In this document: in pieces, positions 10,163 to 22,407 of the stretch
How the letters are laid out: every line of letters begins with the position of its first letter
Numbering within the stretch: the first letter of the stretch is position 1
Assembly: GCA_001662655.1 (NCBI GenBank)
Contig: KV460217.1
From: Pseudogymnoascus verrucosus
Taxonomy: Eukaryota
Reading direction: 5' to 3' (one strand)
Length of the DNA stretch: 64,000 nt
The notes under the pieces: model-generated
The model's input: the letters and a program-made list of their open reading frames with translations, nothing else
Database searches by the model: none
Told to the model about the DNA's origin: nothing
Translations under genes and position numbers: made by a program

Positions 10163-11280
10163 CAGGCCGCAGAGAGCGGTGCTTCTCTACGTGAAGATAT
10201 TTCTCTGTTGTGCCTCCTCTCTCACTTCCATCCTCTGCTGAAATGTTGGCAATAACTATCTTTTCTCTTGGCATACGTCTTGCACATGATAATTCCATTT
10301 TTCAACACGGATGTCGTAGCAAAAGCACGAGAACGGGTGATACGTAAATGGATAGGTTACCGGGGATGGGCGGCGGGTATCAACGTAAGTCCCCGCCGCT
10401 CGTGCTTCTCAACGTTGTGGCAAAGCACAAGAGTTATCTCAGCACAATCACGAATAGAGTATTCTTCCCACGCAGAAGCAATAGTGAGAGACTGAACTGG
10501 AGCTTTGCAAAACTGGGAATTAGCACCTGCAATTAAAGCCTTTAACCCCCCTCCCTTTAGCTTGATTTCTAAGTAACTAACTCGAGAATTATAGCCTTGA
10601 GTGATTGAGAGTCTTGATTCTATTTATGGTTACTGTGACTACTTACAGGAGGAATGGAGTCTCAGAATATTTGTTGACCTCGTAGTAATTGCGTACTTGA
10701 GTGTCTTGATTTCATTTACAGTTACTATGACCACTTCAAAAAGAATGGAGTTTAGGGGTATTTGCCAGCTTCTTAGTAATTATTATGCACAGTGGTCTCT
10801 TTCCGGATCCTTCAGCAGCACGAGCGTATGCCGAAGCTATTCATGGTATTGCGGTATTTGACATCATTTAGTATGCTAGCTACTTGAAAATTATCAAGTG
10901 CAAGGTTCACCTCCCAAAAGACAATGACCATTGCTGCACAGTATAAACCAATAAGTGCTTATGATACTATAATCCAGCGTTCTGCTTTGTACCCTCTCAC
11001 CACTCCCGGTCCTCAAAGACTCCGGTTACAGCATATGTGACAGAAATAGTACTCCCAACCTTCCCAGTAAGGCCAGCCTCAAATCATGACCATGTAAACC
11101 GTAGTCAGCCCATCCATTCATGTTATTTCATTCATGCAATGCCCCAAGTATGGGCCACGGTCCACGAATCACCGGTACAAACACGGCATCTAAGGGCCAA
11201 GCCAAAGCGTAATTTAGCAAATAGGTATAATGTCATGAACTCCGCTTTCGTCTTGTCTGGATTAATGCCACCCTGAATTT

Positions 11281-12646
11281 TTACTGAAAGCTCGAATAGC
11301 TCCTCTCATGACCCACAACAACGCCCTCCGAACGATGAATAACGACATCGATTTGCTTCTGGATCCCCCACAACGACTCGATATGCCCACGCATCATTAT
11401 ACTGACTTGGCTATCAGTGGCCCCCTCTTTTCTCGCTACACCGTCGCCCCTTTCGCCCCAATCCCAGCGATGGGCGAGGCCTTGGGTAGGCGAAATAGAA
11501 CCAAGGGCGTAGCCGCGAGCGGTTGATAAGTTGGAGCGAGAGTATGGGTTGGGAGTGTTGTTCCGCGGGGGCTGGCCTAGACAAGTGCGGACGATTTTGT
11601 CGAGAAAAGGCTTTAGGGATGGAAGGCAAGCGCATATTAGGCCTATATTTGCTTCGATTACAGACCAATTTGTCGCTGGGATAGGATCATCTAGGTTCTG
11701 TAGTTAGAGAGACGGAGTGAGAGAGGAATATTTGAGGGGACATACAAGTTGGATCCTTGCCAGCTGAAGATGCAAGCGTAGTCAGTCTGACGATGGTGGA
11801 AATGCACACGCTATATCTGATATCAGCATAGAAATAGAACCATATGTAAAATGACGTACAATCCGCCCAAAGCAAAAACACCGATTAGGCCCAGCTTATG
11901 CCTTAATTTTAGTGGCAACGACGCAAGGCTAGGGATCGGAACGACAAGAATAAACACGTCTGTTGCAATTTGAATCGCAGAGTAGGATTGCCACCAAGGA
12001 GCACTGCGTATACAGTGGCCCCCTTTGATCCTCTTGTCCCAAAAATATGGTAGTGGGTGACATTGCCATATTGTCCCAGCGATAAAGGTGATCCCGGTTG
12101 CGCCAACGACGGCCAGTCCGATCCAGGTGAGGGCTCGAAAGGTCTTAGAAGGAAATATGCGCAAGTAGAACAGCAAAAGAGAGAGCTTGTTGAAAGTGAC
12201 GACAAGTTTGTAAAAGATCTGAGCAAGGTAAAACCACTGTCGTAAGGTTAAGGTTAGATAACTGCATTTCCAGGCGAGGAAGGGATGCCGACTTTCAGAG
12301 CGACGGCTGCCTGGTCCGGACCAAGGTCTCCCGCATGCTCGCCATAGCCATTAACGACCGCCTCGATTTCTGTAATGGCCAAGATAAAAGAGAATATCTG
12401 TAGAGATTATGTTAGCAGTGGCTGTGTCTCGAGGCTGATAGAACCGACCAGTCCGAAGAGGATACTGTAATCATCCCACCAAAGTTGGAACGCCGCACCT
12501 CTGATAAGTCTGGTACTAATACGTGCGCCGACAGTTATACTGGCAAGGATGATTGTAATAATGGATATGATGTAGAGCTGGATCCCGCGACCATCCGACT
12601 CGCCTGGAGTCTTGTGGGGAACGACCAAGGGCCCGGGGCCAAGCAT
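11281..12646 (-). CDS. PTH11-like integral membrane protein (fungal rhodopsin-like domain, no CFEM seen)
   Basis: Exons give LWWDDYSILFG, FYLRIF, IWQCHPLPYFWD, TDVFILVVPIP, KLGLIGVFALGG, STIVRL and WSVIEANIGLICACLPSLKP; stop TAA at 11281-11283; multiple introns. Confidence 0.85.
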
Positions 12647-14082
12647 TTCGACGACTATAGAGTAAAGGCATCCGGGGGGGGAATTCGAGCATATTTACAT
12701 GAAAGGGCTTGGAGATCATTGCCTTGAATATTTCTAATGGGATCACAGCGTATAGCTCTTCCCGTGTGGTATGTCAATGTTTATTCCTATCGCATTGACA
12801 TGCATTGACATGAGGGCCGGGTGCGAGCAGCTCAAGGAGCACATCCACGATAACATCGGGCGTGGAGGCGAGTTCCGAAGCGTGAAGATGGCATAATCAG
12901 CATCGAAGCGATGTGACACTGGTGATCTATCCCATTCGAGACTTTGCGCGTCGACGGACATGTTGAGGGACGTGACATGTGCAGTCAGTTGTAACGCCCC
13001 ATGAGGAATACCTCAGCCCAGAATACCCCGCGAAATCTACTCCAACTTAGGCTCACTGCTTGTAGCGTAGCCGTTGAGATCCATTGCTAGTTGGCATCAA
13101 TTTGTATTTGGCATTAGGTGCGACCTCGTTGATCTCTGTGTGGTAATGAGACGGCGTCGGCACTCATTAGGAAGGCGGGGAACAGTGGATCCATCGGAGG
13201 AACAGTGGAGAGGAGCATAACCTATACTTGGATATAGAGTACCATCGCGCATGGACATTGCCAGATCCAGGTCATGCATTCTAGAAGGGGTCAGTGCAAA
13301 AGCTCGACTATAGTCAACTAGGTTCAGTGTTTGCACCCGGAAGTATTCCGAACACCTAGATGATCTATTTTAGTTTCTTCCGAAAATGAGTTGCTTCCGA
13401 TGCACAACACAGACAGTACAACAACAATGAGTATATATACTAGTAGACTAGTAGTACAACAAATGTCACTGTAAGACAAGCACTTTAGGTCATGCATTGA
13501 TCGTCGTGTAGCGTTGGATAGCCCTGGATCGTGTTGAATAGATCTTGATCGCTTGTAGCGATCTGAGGGAATTGTGGGTGGCCTTGATGATATTTTGCCG
13601 CTTACTGCAGCATCAATTGGTTGAACGATACTAACAGCTGTATTATTCTATAATATATATATGTATAATGCACAACCTTCCCTATATACCCTACTTTATT
13701 ATACTTTAATAACCAACAAAGAGATAGGGGACCATTGATACACCCCGTCGGAACTGCCGCCCAAGCTTCCCTGACAACACCCATCCTTTCCTTCGGGACA
13801 GAGCACTTAATGATATAGCAGGGGGGTGAATATTCCTATACTAGCTAGCCAGGCACAGAACCTCCCCCTAAAATTATATCCTACCAGCAGTATACCCTGC
13901 GCACACCTCACCCTAAGAAGCAGCTACCCCGGTGCTACCAACAGGAGTAGTAGTAGGAAAGGGGGCGCGAGAAGAAAATAAATGCAACAGAGGAAAAGAA
14001 GAAGAACACAAAACAGAGACACCTTCTAGCATAACCCCCAATCTGTGCAACGTATCTCTTCCACCTTGCTCTTAACAGGACA

Positions 14083-15861
14083 ATGGTGCAGATAACATTC
14101 CTCATCCAGCTGCTATTGGCCTGCAGTTCCATGCTGCATGTGTCCCTTGCTTTAGAAGTTGGAGCTCCCATCAAAACCACTAGCGGCATAGCCACGAGGC
14201 GTCCTGCAAGAAACAGGTCAGATGTTTCGGAGTACTTAGGCATTCGATATGCCCATCCTGCAACTGGCAAGCGTCGATTCCAACCACCACTAGCCTTTCG
14301 TTCAGATAAGGCTGTCGACGCTTTCGAGTACTCCCCCGCGTGCCCGTTCACACCATCTCCGCTCCTAGCATATCCCAACAAGAGCGCCACCTTCGATAGC
14401 ATCTATGGAAGGTTCCTTGGGAGAGGAAAGAAGACCTTCTCGGAGGATTGTCTCTCTTTGAATATTTGGACCAAGGGACCAAACCCAGCCAAGCTGAAGC
14501 CAGTACTATTTTTTATCCACGGAGGGCGGTTTGCCACCGGTACTGCAAAGATTACGCACTATGAGGGCCAATATATCGCTGACACCGGCGAAGTCGTTAT
14601 GGTATCGATCAAGTTCGTTCCCCTGCATGGCTCTCAGATCTCTTGTACTGACAATCCACAGTTACCGCTTGCACGTTCTTGGATTTTCTGGGGCTCCTGG
14701 ACTGACACAAAACACCGGCATCCTTGATCAACGCATGGCACTCGAATGGGTCCGAGACAACATCAAAGCCTTCGGTGGAGATCCGAAACGAATCATGCTA
14801 TACGGGCAGTTAGTTGGAGGTCTATCTGCCGACTACCACGCTTACGCATGGCCAGATGATCCAATCGCGTCAAGTATCTTCTCGGTGTCAGGTACTGCTG
14901 CTAGCGTCCAAGCTCAAACCCTCGATCTTAGCAGCCAATACTGTTACAATCTGTCCAAGATCGTGGGTTGCCCGGCAGCTGGAAATGCCGTCCCATGCAT
15001 GCAGAAGCAGCCATGGCAGACGCTTCTTGCAGGCATTGGAAAGCTATCATACGCACCGACCCTCGCAGCAGTTCAACCTCAGTTCCAGGAAACTGCCGAT
15101 GAAGTGACTGTTTTTTCGGACTACGCCGACCGTGGTCACGCTGGCAAGTTTGCTAAAGTGGTTAGTTTCTTTGTCCAAAGACGCTTTATTATTGTCTACT
15201 AACAAACCCAGCCATACCTCGTTGGCAACACCGACTACGAGGCTGGCTTCTACAAGCTTGCAGCCTTTGCAACTAAGCGCAGCCTCACAGAAAAGCAATG
15301 GGATATATTCAATCTCCAAGGCTTCACCTGCGCCAGCCGCATCGCCGCCGAAAATAGACATCACAACGGGATAACTACGTATCGCTATCGCTACTTTGGT
15401 GACTGGTCGAACCTTCGATTATATCCTGACAGTGGCGCGTACCACGTAGCCGACCTCAGTATGTGGCACGGCGTGGGCCAAGACGTCAGTGAGGAGCCGA
15501 ATACAGAGACCGAGGACAAGACAAGCTCCTACATGATGAAAGCCATGATTGCGTTTGCCACGGATCCCGAAGACGGCCTGAGTAAGATGGGGTGGCCGAA
15601 GTACGCAGATCCGTCAAGTGATCAGTTGGTACAGGAGCTTTATTCTAAAAGTCCCCTTTTGCTCAGCTCGTTGTCTGAATCTTCCCGTATGTTTTTTAGG
15701 TCACTGACCATGGAGAAAGTTACTAATGGAACCTAGCGAAAACTTTAGTGAGATTGGGATTTAACAATGAGACGGAAGCAAGCTTTTCTTCGCCTTATGT
15801 GCACGATCTGCCCTGCCTAGCTTTCAATGGAGACACAAAGTATGCCCAGGGAGCTATGTAA
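14083..15861 (+). CDS. Secreted carboxylesterase type B (cholinesterase-like), nucleophile Ser replaced by Leu
   Basis: Signal peptide, EYLGIRYA, SEDCLSLNIW, FIHGGRF, INYR (across intron 14613-14661), DQRMALEWVRDNIKAFGGDP, then GQLVGG where GxSxG is expected; GNTDYE and YHVAD follow. Confidence 0.85.
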
Positions 15862-16074
15862 GCATAGCATAGCTCAGGCTGTTGATATGTTAGGCTTTAT
15901 TTGGAAGATTACATGCCTGATTAATATTGCTGTCAGTACCTAAGATAGTGGCGCATAGTTATCAGAACATCATGACACAAGATCAAACTTAGACAACCGA
16001 GTTGTAGAAAGACGTGAACAGAATTTAGGATTACGAACCGGAACACAATGGATTAGAGTCGTCATTATCGCCTA

Positions 16075-16280
16075 GAGCGATCAAGCGCGCCTACTTGAAC
16101 TACAGCTGCCGCAAATGGTAATGGTCGCTTCGAGTGATTGAGCACACCTACCCGAACTTCAGTTGCAATAAATGGAAATCGGGACCTCGAGTGATTGAGC
16201 ACACCTACTTGAACTTCAGTTCTAATAAATGGCAATTGTGGCTTCGGGTGATTAAGCCCACCGACTTGAACTATAGTTAC
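16075..16280. repeat. 57-bp degenerate tandem repeat, ~3.5 copies
   Basis: A GAGTGATTGAGCACACCTACTTGAACT-like core recurs at 16075, 16132, 16189 and 16246 (exact 57-bp period). Confidence 0.85.
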
Positions 16281-16362
16281 AGTTGTACAAGCGCAATATT
16301 GTACAACCACACATATTCTCTCTAAAAATGACCATTAACGCCTTTTCCACTGAGATAGCCAC

Positions 16363-17229
16363 TCAATGGCTAGTATATGTCTCGCTCGTGCACATCTTAT
16401 ACTCTGGGCACCATTTAAGGATGTCATCCATGCTCCCAGCCTGCCACACATTGGCCTGGTGATATCCAAGCGGCTTCTCGGCCCAGATAGTCTCCACGGC
16501 AAACTGGCTAGCCACCTCTTGTGTCGGGAAGTGCGCATTCCTCTCGTTCATCTTGGCATAGAACCACTGGTCTTCGTAATCCACGTTCGGGCCATCCTTG
16601 TACTTCCCATTCTTCTCCTTCCTGTCCTCTGCCCAGGACTCCTTGCCCACAATATCCAGGATCAGAGGTACGTTGCGAATGGATAATCCGCCATTATACC
16701 CCGCACCAAGGCCCTCTCGAACCGGCGCCCCAATGAAATCATATTCCAGGAAGTCGTCAACCGTGCGGCGCGAGTTAGCGCAGATGATAGAATCGGACTG
16801 GAACATCAGGACGCGCTCTGCAGGCGCCAGCTGCTGCCAGAACCATGGCTTCGAGAAGAAGGCCGACACGGAAGAGTGCTCTTTGAAGGTCTCGGTCTCT
16901 GGGAGGAGGACAAAGGATATGCTCTTATCGGCAATTTTCCGCTCAAAAGCCGCGGAGGTGGAGAGATTCACCATGGCTGCCTGGGTCGTGAAGATCTTGA
17001 TGGGCCATGTTGGGCCGAGGACGGAGGAGAAGTGGAGGATGAGTGGGACGAGGTTTGGTGTTGCCCGCGTTTCCATCAAGGCCGCGACCTTTTTCGAAGA
17101 TGGGGAAGTTTTGCCTGTGGAGCTATGGTATATTTGCGAGGCTGATGGGAGGTTCGAATCACGGGCTGAGAAAAGAACTAGTAGCACGATGATGGAGATG
17201 ACGATAAGGAGGAGGATGCGGGAACGCAT
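16363..17229 (-). CDS. DUF5672-family type II membrane protein (putative glycosyltransferase-like)
   Basis: N-terminal TM anchor, VLMFQSDSIIC, DDFLEYDFIGAP, NGGLSIR, EDQWF, FAVET and PLGYH. Confidence 0.75.
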   Translation of the reverse strand: MRSRILLLIVISIIVLLVLFSARDSNLPSASQIYHSSTGKTSPSSKKVAALMETRATPNLVPLILHFSSVLGPTWPIKIFTTQAAMVNLSTSAAFERKIADKSISFVLLPETETFKEHSSVSAFFSKPWFWQQLAPAERVLMFQSDSIICANSRRTVDDFLEYDFIGAPVREGLGAGYNGGLSIRNVPLILDIVGKESWAEDRKEKNGKYKDGPNVDYEDQWFYAKMNERNAHFPTQEVASQFAVETIWAEKPLGYHQANVWQAGSMDDILKWCPEYKMCTSETYTSH

Positions 17230-17731
17230 GCTTGCGACGTTTGGGTTACCCCCGAAGACGTTGGCTACAGATTTCTCTGAGGTAAGAGGTCAATTGGAGA
17301 TCTTCCGGCTATGAGGCCAGTATCCAGAGAAGTAGACGTACCCAGTTTGTCGGTGGTTTGTGCCCAGGACGTATATAATTCCACGACTTTGAGCCACGAG
17401 TCCTATATTATACGATGTCATTCAGGAGAATCGAGGCTGACGGCGAGCCTCACGCATTTGTTGTGACTACGAAAGCTTATGTAATACTATTGTGGGGTAA
17501 ATCGACAGGGGTACGAAGGTACAAGCATTACCCAAGCGCGAAATGTTGATATAATTCCTACATTTTATCTCATGGGCATAGATGTGACTGAGTCTATTAA
17601 GTATGGACTGCATATTTGAAGGTAAATGTATTATTTGTTTTTATATTCCTTCACTTCTTCCGGCGCCAATCCCATTCGGTGCAGATTGACTCGTCAGATC
17701 CTATCCTATGTACATTCAGAGGACAGTTATT

Positions 17732-20700
17732 TTACCAAGCTATCCTTGCCAAGAATCCCTTTGGCCAACTTCTTACTATAAGTTTCCTGATTTCGTCCAT
17801 CACGAGGATTCCTAGAGCCAAGGGGAGAGGAATGAACCAGAACTCGAGTGGTACCTTTGCTGTTCCAAAGATTCTTTGGATTCCTGGCTGCTCTGTTACA
17901 AATATTGCAATGGCCAAGCTCATAGCCATACCTGCCAGCAACCAAGGGTTTCTTCTCTTCTTTCGAATAGGATCTGCTTGAAGGATTGACAGCCGCTTGT
18001 TGCGGATGCTAAGAATATTGCCCCATTGCAATATGACTAGCGTAACGAAGTATACGCTTTGTCCGACTGTGTTGAAGTGTACCAGTTCGTCTGTGGTATA
18101 GCCATGGAAGCCATCGGAATAGCTTTCAAAGGCCAGGGCCAGTGAATGAAAGGGAATGCCCGCATGTTTATACATGTATAAGAAGAACATGCTGTGCGCG
18201 CAAATGGTCTCCATGACACCTATGAAGAGGTAGCTTTGGATGTATATCTTGACGTTGATTAGGTGATCTTTCTTGGCCTTCCGAGGTGGAAGCTCAAGCA
18301 AGTCGAATTCTTCTTTTTCCATGATGAGGGCAAGCGAAAGGAAGAGATCCGTGAAGACACAGATAATAATCATGAGGAATGTCGAGAGTGGGAGAGGAAA
18401 CCCAAAGTAGACATTCATCAGTACTGGCCAGATCTCAGACCAAGAACCTGCGGGCAGGAGGTAACTGATAATCTTTTGCAAGTTTTGGAATACCAGGCGC
18501 CCAAGTCGAATGGCATCGACTATGGAATCGAACTTGTCGAGGAGTACAAGATCGGCTGCTTCAAGGGCGACGTCGCTGCCGGTTACCACCGCGATTCCAA
18601 CGTCGGCAGCTCTCAAAGCAGGTGCATCGTTGACACCATCGCCAGTAACTGCGACAATATTATCCCGCTGTTTGAACTCTTTCACGATACGAAGCTTCTG
18701 CTCCGGGCTTGTGCGCGCGAAAACAATTTCTTCGTACTTGCATACCAAGTCCCAATCCTCTCTGCTCAGTTTCGATATCGAAGGCCCTTCAAGGAGCAGA
18801 CTAGTTTTGGTCCAGTATTCAGGTTGTCGTTTCTCGACCAAATCAGTACTCCGATTGGCGAAATTATCAAAGGTATCAGGATCAGCCGCATTTGTGAATA
18901 TACCAATGTCGCGGGCAATCGCAGAAGCAGTCAGGCCAAAGTCACCTGTTACCATAAAAAACCGTATACCCGCACGACGGCAGGCTGCTACCGTTGCGGC
19001 CGTCTCTTTGCGGGGTGGGTCGGTTATTCCAAGAACACCAATGATGGTAAGATTGTTGATGCAGCTGTCTTGGATTTCGTTCATAAAGGCGTTGGACCCA
19101 AGAGTTTCGCGAGGGGTGATGTGACGCTGGCATAGCAATATGACACGCTGCCCACTTCGTGAAAGATTCTCCTGGAGTGCTAGAAACTGAGCTTGGGACG
19201 CTTGGTCAAATGGCTTAATGGTCTTGCTTTCATAAGACCAATAACTTGTGCAGTGAGGCTGGAGGACGTCCGGGGCTCCTTTCATCAACATGAGAAATTG
19301 TGATTCGACTCCCGTCTTATCGGTCTTGTGCAGCGTAAGCATCCATTTACTTTTTGAGTTAAAGGGTATTTGGAAAACTCGCGGGCTCTCGTCGTTGATA
19401 GATTCAATGAATCCTTTCCGTGCTGCTTCTGCAAATTTCAGAACCGCTCCATCGGTAGCATTGCCCTGGATAGCTCGGTCCATGACTGGCTGATTCTTTG
19501 TCAGGGGATCGAAAGTCGCATCGTTACAGAGAGCCGAAGCACGATGGAGCTCTTTCAGCGGGGCCGAATTTCCTTCTGAAAGCATAGAAAATGCCTCGCC
19601 GGCAGTCATACGACCATCTAAAAACCCCACGGTTGCCACGACCATTTTATTCTCCGTCAAAGTGCCCGTTTTGTCAGAACACATGACATTAACGCAGCCG
19701 AGAGTCTCGACAGTTGATAGCCCTTTGGGGAGGATATCACTACTCTTCATCCTTCGAGCAATAATCATCATGGTTAGAGCGACTCCGACTGGCATTCCTT
19801 CTGGAATAAAAGCTACAACACAGCCCATGGCGTTGTTAAGCATGCTGATGACGCTCATAAAGGCAGCATGCTTTACTCGTAGCCAACCCACCCAAGTCAA
19901 GATTATAGCGGTTGCCAAAACAACAGTAAAGGCGACAATTATCAGGACGAAGCGGTGGATCTCGCGTTGGATAAGAGTCGGTTCGTCCTTCACAGCATTT
20001 GTGGCCTTTGCGATTCGCCCCATGACAGCATTGCCTCCCGTGAGAACAACAACGCCTATTGCGCTACCATTAGTGACCATTGTACCCATCAATGCGATGT
20101 TTCGAGTTTCAAGGAAGTTTGTGTCTGTCATATCGATGGCTCCTTCTATTTCATCCGACTCTCCTGTTAACATTGAGCGATCAAAACGCACATCACCAGA
20201 TGTGCTCAGGAGACGTATGTCGGCGGGAACTTTGTTGCCAATGCTGATCTTAATGATGTCTCCGACAACGACATCTGAGGAGGCAACTTTCAGGGGTTGC
20301 CCATCGCGGATGGCCAAAGTGTCTCCAGGGAGAAGGTTGAGAATGGATTTCATTGTCTTCGCGGTAGACCAGTCTTGAAAGGCGGAGAAGGAGGCTTGGA
20401 GGAAGATCACAATCATGATGAGGATTGCTAACCCGAGATTGTAGGGAGCTGGATTCGGATCACCCAGCGGCCGCCAACAAATGAAGAAAACGATGACACC
20501 AATCCACAGCACAGAACAGAAGCCGCCGAAGATATAGAACAGTATCTTTTTGACGTAATTCTCACGGCGATGGGGGAATGCGTTCTTTCCGTTCTGTGAG
20601 AGTCGAGTTGCTGCCTCGGAAGCACTGAGACCTTTGTCACAATGGACATTGAGGGCGCTGCACACATCATCTCCGTTGCGTTTGTGGTAGTCCAAGTGTT

Positions 20701-21031
20701 CGAAGTAGTCCTTCTCTTCTATCTCGTCGGCTTTCTTCTTCTTCTTTAGTGCCTCTAATAACTTCTTACTGGGTGCGACCTCTCCGATTGCCTGAGACTC
20801 CGAGACCTGGAAGGATAGTGTTCGGAATTCAATAGGGACACCTTGAACTGCTCGAGTGCGGTCCCGGACACTTGAGATTGAGTCACGGCTGACTGAACGA
20901 CGCAGACTTCCACGCCTGTTTTTTGATCGGTCGCGTTGTCCCTCTGGGCCAAAGGTGATGCGTTTTGGTATGTCATGATCTGCAGCTTCTAGATCTTCTG
21001 AGCTTGATCGTTCTTGGTCGCTCGAATCCAT
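17732..21031 (-). CDS. P-type II cation ATPase, Na+/K+-ATPase-like (fungal ACU-type), intronless
   Basis: LTGES, VAFIPEGMP, CSDKTGTLT phosphorylation site, KGAPD, DPPR, MVTGD and TGDGVNDAPAL; first ATG at 21031. Confidence 0.88.
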   Translation of the reverse strand: MDSSDQERSSSEDLEAADHDIPKRITFGPEGQRDRSKNRRGSLRRSVSRDSISSVRDRTRAVQGVPIEFRTLSFQVSESQAIGEVAPSKKLLEALKKKKKADEIEEKDYFEHLDYHKRNGDDVCSALNVHCDKGLSASEAATRLSQNGKNAFPHRRENYVKKILFYIFGGFCSVLWIGVIVFFICWRPLGDPNPAPYNLGLAILIMIVIFLQASFSAFQDWSTAKTMKSILNLLPGDTLAIRDGQPLKVASSDVVVGDIIKISIGNKVPADIRLLSTSGDVRFDRSMLTGESDEIEGAIDMTDTNFLETRNIALMGTMVTNGSAIGVVVLTGGNAVMGRIAKATNAVKDEPTLIQREIHRFVLIIVAFTVVLATAIILTWVGWLRVKHAAFMSVISMLNNAMGCVVAFIPEGMPVGVALTMMIIARRMKSSDILPKGLSTVETLGCVNVMCSDKTGTLTENKMVVATVGFLDGRMTAGEAFSMLSEGNSAPLKELHRASALCNDATFDPLTKNQPVMDRAIQGNATDGAVLKFAEAARKGFIESINDESPRVFQIPFNSKSKWMLTLHKTDKTGVESQFLMLMKGAPDVLQPHCTSYWSYESKTIKPFDQASQAQFLALQENLSRSGQRVILLCQRHITPRETLGSNAFMNEIQDSCINNLTIIGVLGITDPPRKETAATVAACRRAGIRFFMVTGDFGLTASAIARDIGIFTNAADPDTFDNFANRSTDLVEKRQPEYWTKTSLLLEGPSISKLSREDWDLVCKYEEIVFARTSPEQKLRIVKEFKQRDNIVAVTGDGVNDAPALRAADVGIAVVTGSDVALEAADLVLLDKFDSIVDAIRLGRLVFQNLQKIISYLLPAGSWSEIWPVLMNVYFGFPLPLSTFLMIIICVFTDLFLSLALIMEKEEFDLLELPPRKAKKDHLINVKIYIQSYLFIGVMETICAHSMFFLYMYKHAGIPFHSLALAFESYSDGFHGYTTDELVHFNTVGQSVYFVTLVILQWGNILSIRNKRLSILQADPIRKKRRNPWLLAGMAMSLAIAIFVTEQPGIQRIFGTAKVPLEFWFIPLPLALGILVMDEIRKLIVRSWPKGFLARIAW

Positions 21032-22407
21032 GGTAGACAGCAATTGTCAAAGGGGCTATCTTCTCAAGGAGAGCGGACCAATTCTGTAGATCAAGGGGGA
21101 TTTAAAAAACGGCGAAGGCGATGTTAGCAGAGTGGTTGGTAGCGACAACGGGCTGCCTTTATCATGGCCTGCTCATGTATGAGGCATATTCAACGACAGT
21201 CTTGTATCCATAGTAAAAACTCCTAATAAATTCCCGATGTTGAAAATGCACGTAAATTCTCAGCTGGAATCTCCCACGAGCCATATTTGATTATTGGGTT
21301 AGACCCTTCTGTAGAAAGGGGGGCTGTGTAAGCGTGTTCTTGTTGCGTTCCATGGTGACGGGACCGGGCCAAAATGCCTCACGCCGCGGCATCGCATAAA
21401 AAATATATGCCTCAATCCGATGACGATTGCATTTGGTAATCATGTGTAGAGCAACATCAACATGCCACTTCGTATACGTCGAACCAAATTTTCATTGCGA
21501 TAAGGTTAAACACGCTAAGTACATGGCATGGGGAAATATGATTGGGATTTGACGTTGGACAGGTTCGGTAGGTGGTCCGCACCACTGCTCGTGCCACTCA
21601 AAATTGTGAGAGTCCATACTGTATTGTACATAGCTGAGGACCGATTCTAGCAGTTTAAACTAATAGTATTCCCCTCTTTATCTGTATTTCTAAGTAACTA
21701 ATGTGGCAATAATAGCCCTTAGTAACCAAAAGCCATTATTTTAGGTACAGTTACTGTAGCGGTAGCTGTTATCCATAGTCCCCCTTCAGACTTCTAGGGG
21801 GTAAGAGTACATAAATAACACAGAAATACTCAGTAGAGCACGGTAAATATCATCATAATGCGTCTTTGTGTCAGGATATGTATATGGCCATTAATATACT
21901 AAACATCATCATAACAAAAGTCAAGATTCCTTCATTTTGTCTCCCGTGATTGCAACGCCGCTCCCCACATCCAACCGATCGTATGAAACCGAGGCCGCGA
22001 TATAGAGCAATAAAATCTCTCACTGACCGCCACTATTATTTTAGGTAGGTCAGGGAACCCCCCACTTAAGAGGGCACCCCCCACTTCAAAAGGTCTAGCG
22101 CATCCCACGCTGCTAGCGCAAAGGGGTTCTATAACCTGCTACCCATACCTGACAGGTGATAGGTACGCGGCCCTGTAATTACCCCCCCGGCAGCCAACAT
22201 TCAGGAGACAGGCACGATAGCATCGTGGCTCAGAGTCTGAACCGAGATAGATCTATGACTGGAGCTAATGGTGTGAAAACGGGGGATGGCGTCTGTTATT
22301 GGTCGTGATACACAGCCGACTCTGAAGGGCTGGCTAGAACTATGCGCGTTTTTCGTGTAACCACTACGAGGATTGCAACGATCTCTTCAGTTCAGCTGAG
22401 TGTTACC

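Noticed and set aside
13640..13960. TpA-rich stretch resembling a RIP-degraded transposon relic (similar at ~3430-3800 and ~21650-22200)
   Set aside because: No termini, TSD or protein motif could be identified by eye; a repeat-library search is needed.
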